Source: Nitrosopumilus sp. (GTDB lineage Archaea > Thermoproteota > Nitrososphaeria > Nitrososphaerales > Nitrosopumilaceae). From it: DNA of 64,000 bases. Below are positions 30,308-40,245 of the stretch, one piece after another. A program made the translations under genes and the position numbers. The notes under the pieces were generated by a model. That model was given only the letters and a program-made list of their open reading frames with translations, was not told where the DNA came from and ran no database searches. The stretch spans positions 224,001 to 288,000 of the forward strand of contig CBDBLX010000002.1 of assembly GCA_965207445.1 (NCBI GenBank). Direction: 5' to 3'. How positions within the stretch are numbered: position 1 is the stretch's first letter; the number at the start of each line of letters is the position of its first letter.

Positions 30308-31212
30308 ACATCTCTTACCCCTGCAATATCATACTGATGCTTTTGCAAATTTGCACCAATCTGTTTTATAGCCGATTCTAAATTTACCACATTGTCAAAA
30401 TCTGCTTTAATGCGCTCCAACTCTGTGTTTGTTGCATTCATTAAATTGTAACACTCTTGTGCCAACACATCAGATGCCCTAGTTATGTTATCTATTATAC
30501 TAATGTCTGCTGTCTGTGCAGTTCTAGATAATGGATTGAGATCAAATGCAATTACTATTCTTTCTTTTGATCTTTTGAGGGCCGCTGTTCTATCGCCGTC
30601 TTCTAATGGTACAACTACTACATCTGATATCATAATGCCCTCTGCATCCACATTTCTGCGTGCCGAATCTATACCGCTCAAAAATTGCATATCTCTTTTA
30701 TTGGTGCCAAGTACATCAGAGGCTCCACACCTACGCAAATGTTGCGCAATTGCTTTTCTTCTTTGTTCATTATCATAAAAGAGGTTTATCTCTAGTGTGG
30801 CTTTGGTATATTTTGCAATCTTTACTAGTTGTTCTGCACACAGTGCAGCCGCATTACCATTTACAGATATGACTGGACTCTTTGCCATGTGTAGTGTAGC
30901 TGCTGCTGTAGTACACGCTCTTTTTGCCATATCACTAGTATGTTCTCCTAATATGTAATCAAATGCCTCACCTCTACCGTGTGCAAGTAGCCCTTCTGTT
31001 GCTACTAGACCTGATTCGTATCCTTCAACGAGTTTGTGGCGGATGTGTAGAGACTCTGCTCTTGGATGAGAATTTGGTATTGTTGTTGTTGTTAAAGTGC
31101 TCTGTGCAATGATGGCGTCTACATTTGTTTTCATTGATAAAGTATGTTTACTTTTTTTATTGTTATTATTATTCATATTATTATCACCTCGTAAGTCTGG
31201 CACCTTTTTCAT
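30304..31212 (-). CDS. Archaeal phosphopantothenate synthetase (PPS)
   Basis: SHPR, AHGRGEAFDY, ISVNGN, VPLEDGDR, DLNPLSRT. Confidence 0.94.
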   Translation of the reverse strand: MKKVPDLRGDNNMNNNNNKKSKHTLSMKTNVDAIIAQSTLTTTTIPNSHPRAESLHIRHKLVEGYESGLVATEGLLAHGRGEAFDYILGEHTSDMAKRACTTAAATLHMAKSPVISVNGNAAALCAEQLVKIAKYTKATLEINLFYDNEQRRKAIAQHLRRCGASDVLGTNKRDMQFLSGIDSARRNVDAEGIMISDVVVVPLEDGDRTAALKRSKERIVIAFDLNPLSRTAQTADISIIDNITRASDVLAQECYNLMNATNTELERIKADFDNVVNLESAIKQIGANLQKHQYDIAGVRDV

Positions 31213-32200
31213 CGATCTTTGTTTTGATGATTACTTTTGCATCATAATTGTCTAGTATCTGTTGTGCCCTCTTTTCAGCAGTACTGCCAGATTTAATCAT
31301 GCAGAATATGGTCTCACCAAACAACGCAACGCCACATTTTATATGAGCATTTTCAAGATGATTAATTATATTTTGCATTCGCTCAGTTATCACTCCAACA
31401 TATTTTGCAAACTCTAGTGACATTGTCTGAAAGTCCATATAGTTTTTTGATACACATAGATCATTTGTCATCTTTTCTCCCACTCCGTTTATCTTTGAGA
31501 GATGTTGTGTAAGAAACTGCCTTGTAGAGATTGGTGCCAAGCATATGATAATTATGCTCAGATTTGGTGTTTTGATGGTCTGTACTCTACCAACTCCCGG
31601 TGCACCTGGTTTGGTACGTATCTCAAATCCGCCATGATATGCTGCAAGTACATCACCTAGTCCAGTTTGGCACTCTATCTCTGAGGTGTGCGCAATGCCT
31701 CCGATCTGTGTACTTGTCATATGTGTCTCTAGTGCATCATCAAGTGCATATGCAAGTGATAATGCAATTGCACTGCTACCACCAAGCCCATATCCTATTG
31801 GTATTGCTATTTGATGATTTACATTTACTATAACGTTTGTTCTCTTTGATAATTTTAGGAATTTTTCAATCACGTTTTTAGAAATCCCCATCTGCTGTGT
31901 ATTGTCGTCTTTGGTGTGTGATTTTGAAGATGGTGCTGTTGCTGCTGTTGTATGTGCTGTTGCTGTTGCTGCTGCTGTTGTAGTATATGTTATCGTATAT
32001 GGCAGAGATGTCGCATCATCACGTGTCTTTTCTATAATTGAGACACTAGTAGTGACACCCAAAACAACTGAAAAGCCTGCGCCAGTGGACCCAATCTTTT
32101 GTGTATCATGTGTGGTATCATTGGTGCAAGTATTGAAGAATCCTGTTATGTGTGCAGGGCAAAAGGCCTTTGACCTCTTGAGTATGCGTACCATCTGCAA
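31184..32200 (-). CDS. Pantoate kinase (PoK, GHMP family)
   Basis: PAHITGFF, GSTGAG, PIGYGLGGS, TGLGDV, PGAPG; first gene of the CoA operon. Confidence 0.93.
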   Translation of the reverse strand: MQMVRILKRSKAFCPAHITGFFNTCTNDTTHDTQKIGSTGAGFSVVLGVTTSVSIIEKTRDDATSLPYTITYTTTAAATATAHTTAATAPSSKSHTKDDNTQQMGISKNVIEKFLKLSKRTNVIVNVNHQIAIPIGYGLGGSSAIALSLAYALDDALETHMTSTQIGGIAHTSEIECQTGLGDVLAAYHGGFEIRTKPGAPGVGRVQTIKTPNLSIIIICLAPISTRQFLTQHLSKINGVGEKMTNDLCVSKNYMDFQTMSLEFAKYVGVITERMQNIINHLENAHIKCGVALFGETIFCMIKSGSTAEKRAQQILDNYDAKVIIKTKIDEKGARLTR

Positions 32201-32259
32201 TTGTTTAAACTAATCGTAAAATATAAGAATATGGCTTAAATTATTATAACTAGTTTAAA

Positions 32260-33387
32260 TTGACTAAATTTACACGTCGTCTTCAGCAGATAGGAAATAG
32301 TTTGTTAGTCTCTCTACCAAAAGAGTGGATAAATTCACACAATCTCAAAAAAGGAAGTCAGGTAGACTTGGAGACTGCTGGACAGAACTCACTATTTGTA
32401 TCCGTATCTGGGGATGAGCATCGTGAGACTAGCGGATTGTATGACTCGGATTTGGTGATATCGTATCCACTTCCTGCAGAAGAGAACATTGTAGCAAATA
32501 CAACTGGGGCATACCTACTTGGCTATAATGTGATACGTATAGAATCTGCAGGTAGTGGTAGAATTATTCCAATTACTGATCGTGAGGAGATACGCAACTC
32601 TATGAGGCGGTTGGTAGGTATGGAGATTATTGAAGAAGATGCGTCACATATAGAGATACAGTTTTTACTTGATGCTGCTACACTGAATCCTCCAAAGATA
32701 CTCAAGCGTATGTCATCTATTGCAGTTGGTATGTGTGAGGACGTGACACGTGGGCTGATATCTAATGACAAATCAAACCTCTTAACTATACAGAATAGGG
32801 ATATAGAAGTTAACAGGCAGTACTTTTTACTTGTGCGATTGCTTCGTAGCACACTTACTGATAGAAAGCTTGCAGGCGCGTTTAATCTTGGGAGTATCGA
32901 TATCTTGGATTATAGGGTGGCCGCTAACTTGCTTGAGAATGGTGGTGATTTTATCGTTGAACTAGCGCAACAAGTGATGCAGTCATCTCTTTCTGTAGAG
33001 CACTCTAATGTGATATTTGAAGTCATGCAAGACTTTGAGCGAATGGCAAGTATTGCAATTGATGCATTTACCAAACCTGATAGATTACTTGCAATAGAGT
33101 CAATTGCGATCCATCATAAACTACAAGATAAACTAGCGAGTCTACGCGCAATGTCATCTAGACAAGACCGCAATGATGTTGTTAATCATCTAAAAGATCA
33201 TAATAATAATAACCATAATACTGACCACACCAATGACCATGATACTGACCACAATAACAACAACAACAATAATAATAGTGGACAACTTGCAGTTGATTTT
33301 ATTGATATAATTCACATGTATGAAAAGATTGCTCGGTCATGGGCCGATGTGGCAGACTTGGTAAAACCAATCTACAATAAAATGTGA
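32260..33387 (+). CDS. AbrB/PhoU-domain phosphate uptake regulator
   Basis: RRLQQIGNSLLVSLPKEW; GAYLLGY; GMEIIEE; PhoU-like helices. Confidence 0.9.
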   Translation: MTKFTRRLQQIGNSLLVSLPKEWINSHNLKKGSQVDLETAGQNSLFVSVSGDEHRETSGLYDSDLVISYPLPAEENIVANTTGAYLLGYNVIRIESAGSGRIIPITDREEIRNSMRRLVGMEIIEEDASHIEIQFLLDAATLNPPKILKRMSSIAVGMCEDVTRGLISNDKSNLLTIQNRDIEVNRQYFLLVRLLRSTLTDRKLAGAFNLGSIDILDYRVAANLLENGGDFIVELAQQVMQSSLSVEHSNVIFEVMQDFERMASIAIDAFTKPDRLLAIESIAIHHKLQDKLASLRAMSSRQDRNDVVNHLKDHNNNNHNTDHTNDHDTDHNNNNNNNNSGQLAVDFIDIIHMYEKIARSWADVADLVKPIYNKM

Positions 33388-33388
33388 T

Positions 33389-33919
33389 TTAATTAACTGA
33401 CAACTTGTTTTTTGCAGTATACTTTAGTACTGCACATATGGTCTTTGAGTCTTGTATCTTACCTGTGTTGATCATCGATAGCACTCTTTTTAGACTCATC
33501 TTTTGTATAGTAATGTATTCATCATCATCCAAGTTTTGACCATCTTGTAATTGTACAGTTTTAGTAGCAACATAGCAGTGTATAATCTCAGTGCTATACC
33601 CAATAGATGGATAAAACGATACTAGATGTTTCATATTTTTTGCAGTGTATCCTGTCTCTTCTTCTAGTTCTCTTTTGGCACACTCAAATGACTCTTCTCC
33701 TATCTCTAGTGTGCCTGCTGGTATCTCTAGTGTGGACCCACGCGGGAACCTATCTTGCTTTACCATGATAACTTTACCATCTGGTGCAAATGCCAGTATG
33801 GCAGCAGCTCCTCGATGCTCTACAATCTCACGTTTTGTCTTTTTTTTGTGTCCAGGTAATATTCCCTCATACACGTTTAGATTAATTATGTGACCTTTGT
33901 AGATCTCTTTCTTTTTCAT
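33389..33919 (-). CDS. NUDIX hydrolase (ADP-ribose pyrophosphatase-like)
   Basis: Nudix box EIPAG...AKRELEEETG. Confidence 0.93.
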   Translation of the reverse strand: MKKKEIYKGHIINLNVYEGILPGHKKKTKREIVEHRGAAAILAFAPDGKVIMVKQDRFPRGSTLEIPAGTLEIGEESFECAKRELEEETGYTAKNMKHLVSFYPSIGYSTEIIHCYVATKTVQLQDGQNLDDDEYITIQKMSLKRVLSMINTGKIQDSKTICAVLKYTAKNKLSVN

Positions 33920-34283
33920 TGTTATGCGTGATATGATATGTTATTTATTAGATAAGTTTTGGGTTGTGTTTTCAAGTGTTGGGCTTGTTCAAATCTTACA
34001 CTGACGTGGTATGCAAAGTTACTAGAACTTGATGTTTTATAGACTACATAGTGTTTCAAATAAGGAACAGAAAATTCCATAGACAAACATCGATGGATCA
34101 AGAACAATAAATGAATATAAAAGACCAAAATTTTTGGATCGTCGTTTAATTACTAAACATAACAAGCAACGACGTTGAGCCATATTGTAGTTTGTCTCAT
34201 AATTTCTCAATCACTCTAACAGAGGAGAATTTACGACTAGATGTGCCATACAGTAATATGAATTTGGTCAAAAGGTGTGAACC

Positions 34284-34488
34284 AACCTATTTTGATATGC
34301 TGTGCAAGGGATACAAACCTGGCTAAAACTACAGAATCATCTGTGTGCCCATCTGTGTATTGTAATCAACTACGCGTTATTATTGCCAATTATTCATATA
34401 TGAATATACAATGCCGAGATCATTATAATCAGAAAAATGCGCATGATCTTTTACCTTATGTGTGCGCTTCAAAAAGCAAAATAGTTAC
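34284..34488 (+). mobile_element. MITE family B, about 200-bp copy
   Basis: Closely similar to 48325-48513; left AACCTATTTTG is an imperfect inverse of right CAAAATAGTTAC. Confidence 0.85.
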
Positions 34489-34743
34489 GACATAAGACGC
34501 GCTCTACAGAAGGCAGTGAAAAACGGCAGCATCTGGCAGAGTATTGACCACGTCATTGGGTGCCCTATCTTTGTAGAATCACACGTACATAATTTGATTC
34601 AACTGGCGGACATGATCGCATATGTAATGCTCAAGCACTACAAGGGCGACTCGGAATTCGAAGAGTTGTTTGAGCTGTTAAAGTCGAAAATGTACCGAGC
34701 CGACGGCAAATTAGACGGGTTTGGTCTCAAGGAGTTTCCTTAA
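34489..34743 (+). pseudogene. C-terminal fragment of a DUF3800 protein
   Basis: PIFVESH...LIQLADMIAY...GFGLKEFP; the 5' part is replaced by MITE-B. Confidence 0.8.
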
Positions 34744-34754
34744 TCATATGATCG

Positions 34755-34820
34755 AGAAGCAGGTCCGCACAGTTGCGGGGGAACTACTTCCCTAAAGCCA
34801 CACGCTTGTGGCTCTGACTT
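34755..34820. ncRNA. Candidate DUF3800-associated structured RNA
   Basis: Three adjacent perfect hairpins: CCGCA-cagt-TGCGG, GGGAA-ctac-TTCCC, AGCCACA-cgct-TGTGGCT. Confidence 0.55.
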
Positions 34821-34994
34821 TACTATCTATTAACTACGTTATAAAATGATTGCTGCATTTTTTATTTTTTTTAAAAAATTAGAGAATTGAATAATTAATA
34901 CTATGATTAAAACAATCTTTCATTGGCTTGTGTATAGTCAAAATTATCAATGATTATATACGCATTTTTAACAGATCAACGAACTTGTCATAAA

Positions 34995-35936
34995 TTACTT
35001 TACATGCAATCTTGAAGATTTTGTTTTCTCATTGATTATATCATATAGCCACTCATTATACATGAATATCTTTTTTGGTATGAACAAATCTGTCTGACTC
35101 ACAATATCTATATCTCTGACTTGCTGTGTAATCTCATCCATTTCAAATATTGTCTTACAGTACATAAACAACACAACCTGATTTTTTGCCAAAAATGGTA
35201 TTTGTAAATAATATTGTGAAAACTTTTCATTTATTTTTACTATATCATCTGTAGATTCATGTTTGGTCCATACTAATATGGCAAATGGTATATATTCATA
35301 CAATTTTTTAGGATCATACGTTAGTGTGAACTGTATATCCGAGTTATCATACAATTTGTCTCGACATCGAGAAATAGTCTTTACAGATAATGCAGTATCT
35401 TTTGCCATTGTGTGTGTTTTTTGTCGTGGTGATGTGATGAGTTTTTTGAGAATCTCAAAGTCTGTTCTTGTAAGTTTGTTGTGTGATGACGTATTTGATG
35501 ACGTATTTGATGTACTCTGCGCCTCAAATATACTCAATATACGAACGTCTTTCATCAACGTTTTTGCTAGATCTATTTTCTGCTCTATCTCATCACCCCT
35601 CACAACTACGCCACATACCGTAACACCCCCTACGCATGGAACCATAAGATATGGTTTGCCTACCAATTTACATTGTTGTAATATGTTATCAGTATCTTGA
35701 CCAGTCACTACAACATACAACACACCAAATCCAAACAGTGGTGGTTCTACCTTTAAGACGTATTGCTGTATGATACCTGCATCTTGCATCTTTTCTCTTC
35801 GAGATTTTACTGTCCCACCTGACATCTTTAACTTTATGCCGATACTGCGGTCAGACTCTCTGCAGTTGTCCAAAAGTATACTGAGAATCTTCATATCAAA
35901 ATTGTCCATTATATAATGTAAAATCGATTTGCACAA
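34995..35936 (-). CDS. Lrp/AsnC-family regulator with two winged HTH domains
   Basis: MDNFDMKIL...LDNCRES and LTRTDFEIL...PR HTH units. Confidence 0.85.
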   Translation of the reverse strand: MCKSILHYIMDNFDMKILSILLDNCRESDRSIGIKLKMSGGTVKSRREKMQDAGIIQQYVLKVEPPLFGFGVLYVVVTGQDTDNILQQCKLVGKPYLMVPCVGGVTVCGVVVRGDEIEQKIDLAKTLMKDVRILSIFEAQSTSNTSSNTSSHNKLTRTDFEILKKLITSPRQKTHTMAKDTALSVKTISRCRDKLYDNSDIQFTLTYDPKKLYEYIPFAILVWTKHESTDDIVKINEKFSQYYLQIPFLAKNQVVLFMYCKTIFEMDEITQQVRDIDIVSQTDLFIPKKIFMYNEWLYDIINEKTKSSRLHVK

Positions 35937-36025
35937 TATAGAAATTACTATTATGGGTAAAAATTGTCCATTATGATGAAATTTAGTAACATAGACATTA
36001 TATATGCGACTATACTATACGTTGT

Positions 36026-37213
36026 ATGAATTACAAGGTACGACTTGCCAAACGAATGCTGTTTAATCGCAAAGGCAGCTTGATAGGTGCTGTACTGGCA
36101 GTCACGATTGGCATATTGGTGATTCATGTTAACTTTGTAATATTTCAGGGACTCTTTGATGCTATTGTGAGGGATATCGGCGACTATCGTACAGGTGATG
36201 TTATCATAACTGATGAGGATAGTTTTATCGAAAAGTCTGATCTAGCCGTTACGAGCTGGTTTGAGCGCATCCCGTCTGTAGAGGCGGTCGCGCCTAGATT
36301 ATCAGGCTCGGCCGAGATTAACATTACAAAAAATGGACGGGTTATTGAAGAGACCCGAGTGCCCGTTGTGGGAGTTGACCCGTACAAAGATATTCGAGCA
36401 TCAACTGTTCATACAACTATCTCTGAAGGTAGTTACGTATTTGCGCGAAACTCTATAGTTTTGGGATCAAATGTGGCACGGGACTTGGGTAATGCAACAG
36501 TTGGTGATACACTCAAAGTTATGATTACTGATAGATGGGGTGAGGAACAGATACGTCGATTTATAGTATCTGGTATTGCAAGCTCCCCTGGTGGACAAGG
36601 ATTTGATTTCAGTGTTGTTATGCATATTGACACACTGCGAGATATGATGGCACGTGACGGTGAGACTGGTTCGTTTATGGTGCGAATGGCAGACAAGTCA
36701 CAGGCCTCTGATGTTAGGGATCTGTTTTTGCGATCTTTCCCAAATGATGACTTTTTGGCAGAGACGATAGAAGAGGCATCAGAAGAACAATTGCAGGGAT
36801 TCCGATCAGGTATTGCCATGATAAATATGATCGGTTATTTTGGTATGATGTCATCAGCGTTTGCTATCGTAACTATACAAATGATGATTGTAAATGGCAA
36901 GACACGTGAGATTGGTATTTTACGAGCACTTGGCGCAAAACGTCGTGACATTTTGGTGATATTTATCATGCAAGGGATGTTGATTGGAGCAATAGGCGCA
37001 GGGGTAGGAACTGCTGCTGGTCTGTCATATACTGTGTATGCCAAGGAGACTAAAATGTCATTTAACAATAGTCTACCACTAGAGGTGAGTTATGATTGGC
37101 CAAAGATTATTCAAACTGCATTAACATCATTTGTGCTTGCAATAATTGCGTCGTTGTATCCGTCATATAGGGCGACTAGACTAGTACCTGTGGAGGCGAT
37201 ACGAGCTGTCTAA
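36026..37213 (+). CDS. MacB/LolE-type ABC permease
   Basis: REIGILRALGA; LYPSYRA...PVEAIR. Confidence 0.93.
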   Translation: MNYKVRLAKRMLFNRKGSLIGAVLAVTIGILVIHVNFVIFQGLFDAIVRDIGDYRTGDVIITDEDSFIEKSDLAVTSWFERIPSVEAVAPRLSGSAEINITKNGRVIEETRVPVVGVDPYKDIRASTVHTTISEGSYVFARNSIVLGSNVARDLGNATVGDTLKVMITDRWGEEQIRRFIVSGIASSPGGQGFDFSVVMHIDTLRDMMARDGETGSFMVRMADKSQASDVRDLFLRSFPNDDFLAETIEEASEEQLQGFRSGIAMINMIGYFGMMSSAFAIVTIQMMIVNGKTREIGILRALGAKRRDILVIFIMQGMLIGAIGAGVGTAAGLSYTVYAKETKMSFNNSLPLEVSYDWPKIIQTALTSFVLAIIASLYPSYRATRLVPVEAIRAV

Positions 37214-37979
37214 TTATGGTAGTGGTGATTATGATGGCAGTTATGATGGCAATATTGTACTGCAAGTACAAAATGTCTCAAAGGTGTATGGTGAGGGGGA
37301 CAACAAAGTAAAGGCGCTTGATAATGCATCTTTTAGTGTGTATAGAGGAGAGTTTGTGTTGATTGTGGGGTCGTCGGGTTCTGGCAAGACCACTCTATTG
37401 AATATGATCGGATTACTCAGTACACCATCAAGTGGGAGTATTATAATTAATGGTGTTAACGTTACAAAACTCAAAAGTACAAAGGCTGCTGTCTTTAGAA
37501 ACAAACAACTAGGGTTTGTAGCTCAGTTTGCAAATTTATTATCAGACTTGACTGTAATTGAGAATGTCATGTTGCCTCGACAGATTGCAGGCGGCAAACT
37601 GAATCCGGGTAGCAGACTACTCAAAAAAGAAGCAATGGTAATGCTCAAAGAAGTAGGCTTAGAATCGCAGGCAAACAGACGTGCCAACAAGGTATCGGGA
37701 GGTCAAGCACAAAGAGCAGCTATTGCACGGGGATTGATAAACAAGCCTTCTATTGTACTTGCAGATGAGCCTACTGGTAATTTAGATTCTGTGACATCAG
37801 AGTCTGTGATACGATTGATGAAGTCTACTGCTAGGCAGTTAAATCAAACATTCATTATAGTGACACATGACAGACAGCATTTCGGTGACGTTGATCGTGT
37901 AATTACAGTTAGTGATGGCAAGATATCCGAAGAGGCATATTCAGAAGAGGTACCATATGTAAAGGGAGTGCAAGTTTGA
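37206..37979 (+). CDS. LolD-type ABC ATPase; start probably non-canonical (CTG at 37206)
   Basis: GSSGSGKT, VSGGQAQR, LADEPTGNLD. IVLQVQNVSK lies in frame upstream of the track start at 37284. Confidence 0.9.
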   Translation: MSNYGSGDYDGSYDGNIVLQVQNVSKVYGEGDNKVKALDNASFSVYRGEFVLIVGSSGSGKTTLLNMIGLLSTPSSGSIIINGVNVTKLKSTKAAVFRNKQLGFVAQFANLLSDLTVIENVMLPRQIAGGKLNPGSRLLKKEAMVMLKEVGLESQANRRANKVSGGQAQRAAIARGLINKPSIVLADEPTGNLDSVTSESVIRLMKSTARQLNQTFIIVTHDRQHFGDVDRVITVSDGKISEEAYSEEVPYVKGVQV

Positions 37980-39449
37980 ATGGTGTCTGAGTTATCAAAT
38001 ATGATGGCACACTCAAATCGTGCTTTGTGTGTGATGGCTACTATAATGGTGATTAGTGTTCTTGCTACTAGTATATTTGCGCAAAGCAATGGTATGTGGA
38101 CCCAGTCACAATTTGTGTATGCACAAAATAGTGGCGGCGGGTACTCAAACTCACCATTTGAGCGCGACTTTGGTGATGTGAAATTTCTTGATGCGTATTT
38201 TGGCACACTAGATGAAAAGATCGAAGTAGAGGCAGGTGACAACAACATACCATTTACACTGCTGTTTGCCAACGTAGGGACACAAGACATCACTGGAATA
38301 AATGGTCAACTCTCACTTCCCTTTGGATTTATCCCCCCTGATGGCCCTGGTACTGTCATATATGCGAACAGTGACACAAACGCCCTTGCAGGCGAGACCT
38401 TTGTACTCACATTTTATGTGAATATTGGAGAGAATACTGATATTGGATTGTATCCGGCAACTGCCAAGGTTGATTATTCACGTTTGCGCGAGTCTGGTGT
38501 ACGTACAGAATTCGTTAATTTTGACTTTAGGGTCACAGGTGACACGGTTGTAAATGTTAAAGCACTAGACCCATTTTTGACATCACTGCGCACGAACAAT
38601 GTTATAATTGAGATTAATAATGGTGGGACTGCTCCTCTTGCAGGTGTTGAAGTTTTAGCTGCAAATACGCAGACTGAGCGCGCCTCGACTACGGCCTCGA
38701 CTACAAATGTTGAGAATGTTGTACTGTCACAGTCAAGTTGGGACTTGGGCCAGATTGAATCTGACACTACACAGATAATTACAACTACTGTGTATGTTCC
38801 AGAGAACTTGAGCGGTGAGACTTTGAGGATACCACTTGAGATCTCGTATTATAATGCGCACGGTGACAAGATTACAATCTCAAAAATTGTGGACTTTTTT
38901 ATTAAAGGATTGATCGATCTGACAGTCTTTAATGTAGATGTGATAGAGATATCTGGTTCTCCTATGATAATCGGTGAGATCATAAATGAGGGAAATGAAG
39001 ATGGACTGTTTGGATTTGTCCATGTGACGCCGCTTGGAGACTCTAATTTAGAGCCAGTATCGCAGTTTATAGATGAGATAGAGATAGATGCACCCGTGCC
39101 ATTTAACATACCTGTGACGTTTGATGGGACTCCTGTGTATGGTGCACATGATATTCGTATTGATGTCAGGTATAAAGACAGCATAAGAGACGAACACATA
39201 CTCACATATGATACTCAGGTTATGATACCGGAACCTCCGCCACCAGAACGTGGACCATTTGATATTTCAGTGTATAATGATGATGGTGATGATAATGGTT
39301 CTGAGTTGATTGGCAATGTCTCAACACCATCATCTTTGCAGAACATGCTAGTTGCAGGTATACTTGTGTTGGCTGTGGTTGTGGGGGTGATAGTGTGGAG
39401 AGTATCATCGCGCAGACGGCAACGACGTGATGAATCTGATGATGACTGA
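37980..39449 (+). CDS. S-layer-domain (COG1361-like) exported protein with C-terminal TM anchor
   Basis: Signal peptide, repeated Ig-like N-x-G modules, TM followed by basic tail; in the ABC operon. Confidence 0.8.
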   Translation: MVSELSNMMAHSNRALCVMATIMVISVLATSIFAQSNGMWTQSQFVYAQNSGGGYSNSPFERDFGDVKFLDAYFGTLDEKIEVEAGDNNIPFTLLFANVGTQDITGINGQLSLPFGFIPPDGPGTVIYANSDTNALAGETFVLTFYVNIGENTDIGLYPATAKVDYSRLRESGVRTEFVNFDFRVTGDTVVNVKALDPFLTSLRTNNVIIEINNGGTAPLAGVEVLAANTQTERASTTASTTNVENVVLSQSSWDLGQIESDTTQIITTTVYVPENLSGETLRIPLEISYYNAHGDKITISKIVDFFIKGLIDLTVFNVDVIEISGSPMIIGEIINEGNEDGLFGFVHVTPLGDSNLEPVSQFIDEIEIDAPVPFNIPVTFDGTPVYGAHDIRIDVRYKDSIRDEHILTYDTQVMIPEPPPPERGPFDISVYNDDGDDNGSELIGNVSTPSSLQNMLVAGILVLAVVVGVIVWRVSSRRRQRRDESDDD

Positions 39450-39452
39450 TAT

Positions 39453-39600
39453 TTTGTACGTAATGGTTTGTACGTAATGGTTTGTACGTAATGGTTTGTA
39501 CGTAATGGTTTGTACGTAATGGTTTGTACGTAATGGTTTGTACGTAATGGTTTGTACGTAATGGTTTGTACGTAATGGTTTGTACGTAATGGTTTGTACG
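39453..39600. repeat. 14-bp tandem repeat (TTTGTACGTAATGG) x10 plus a partial unit
   Basis: Perfect units, no spacers. Confidence 0.97.
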
Positions 39601-39760
39601 GTTTGTAGATGTAGTACTATTACTAATTACAATTTGGTCGACCATGTTACAAATCTGTGCATAAATTTTTCTAGCTAATTATTGGCACATATTACACAAT
39701 TGTAAATGGTAATATAACAACTAAACCGCATGACTGATTAATACAACAATTATTGTAATT

Positions 39761-40027
39761 TTGTTGGAGACTCACAGATTATTGACGTTTGTAGGCGCAG
39801 TACTACTTGTTGTCACGTTTTTTCTCAATAATAGTTATGTTGAGAATAATTCTATTTCACCTGACATTGATAAGAACATTAAAAGTGACACTGTAAATGA
39901 TTTGACTAGTGATACCATTGAAGAATTCAATTATGCATATGTGACTGGAGCTGTGATGATTGGAGCATTTATTGCAAGTTTTGTCTTTTTTACCAAAAAC
40001 AAGGCAAAGCGTGGACTTTTATCATAA
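39761..40027 (+). CDS. Small two-TM hypothetical protein
   Basis: Two hydrophobic segments and a basic C-terminus. Confidence 0.55.
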   Translation: MLETHRLLTFVGAVLLVVTFFLNNSYVENNSISPDIDKNIKSDTVNDLTSDTIEEFNYAYVTGAVMIGAFIASFVFFTKNKAKRGLLS

Positions 40028-40245
40028 ATTGCAAAGTTACCTGACAGTTGACTCTATTGTTAGAGTCTATTTTTAATCTGTATTTTATAAGATTATATTA
40101 CAATATATTTAGGAAAAATAATTTTTATGTACTTTTATATATTTTTGTTAAAATCAACAGTTGTATCATATTGTAAATAATTTTTAATCTAACAAAAAAT
40201 TTTATATGAATATATTAATTTAATTTTATAAAGGGGTTACGTTAA

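Noticed and set aside
21079..32200. psmB-aCPSF1 cluster and PoK-PPS-panB-coaBC operon as novel systems
   Set aside because: These are known archaeal housekeeping arrangements.
34462..34488. Start of the 93-aa DUF3800 ORF
   Set aside because: These codons belong to the MITE-B end, so the ORF is a chimera.
39453..39600. CRISPR array
   Set aside because: Units are 14 bp, contiguous and have no spacers. The Cas4-like gene is 12 kb away with no other cas genes.
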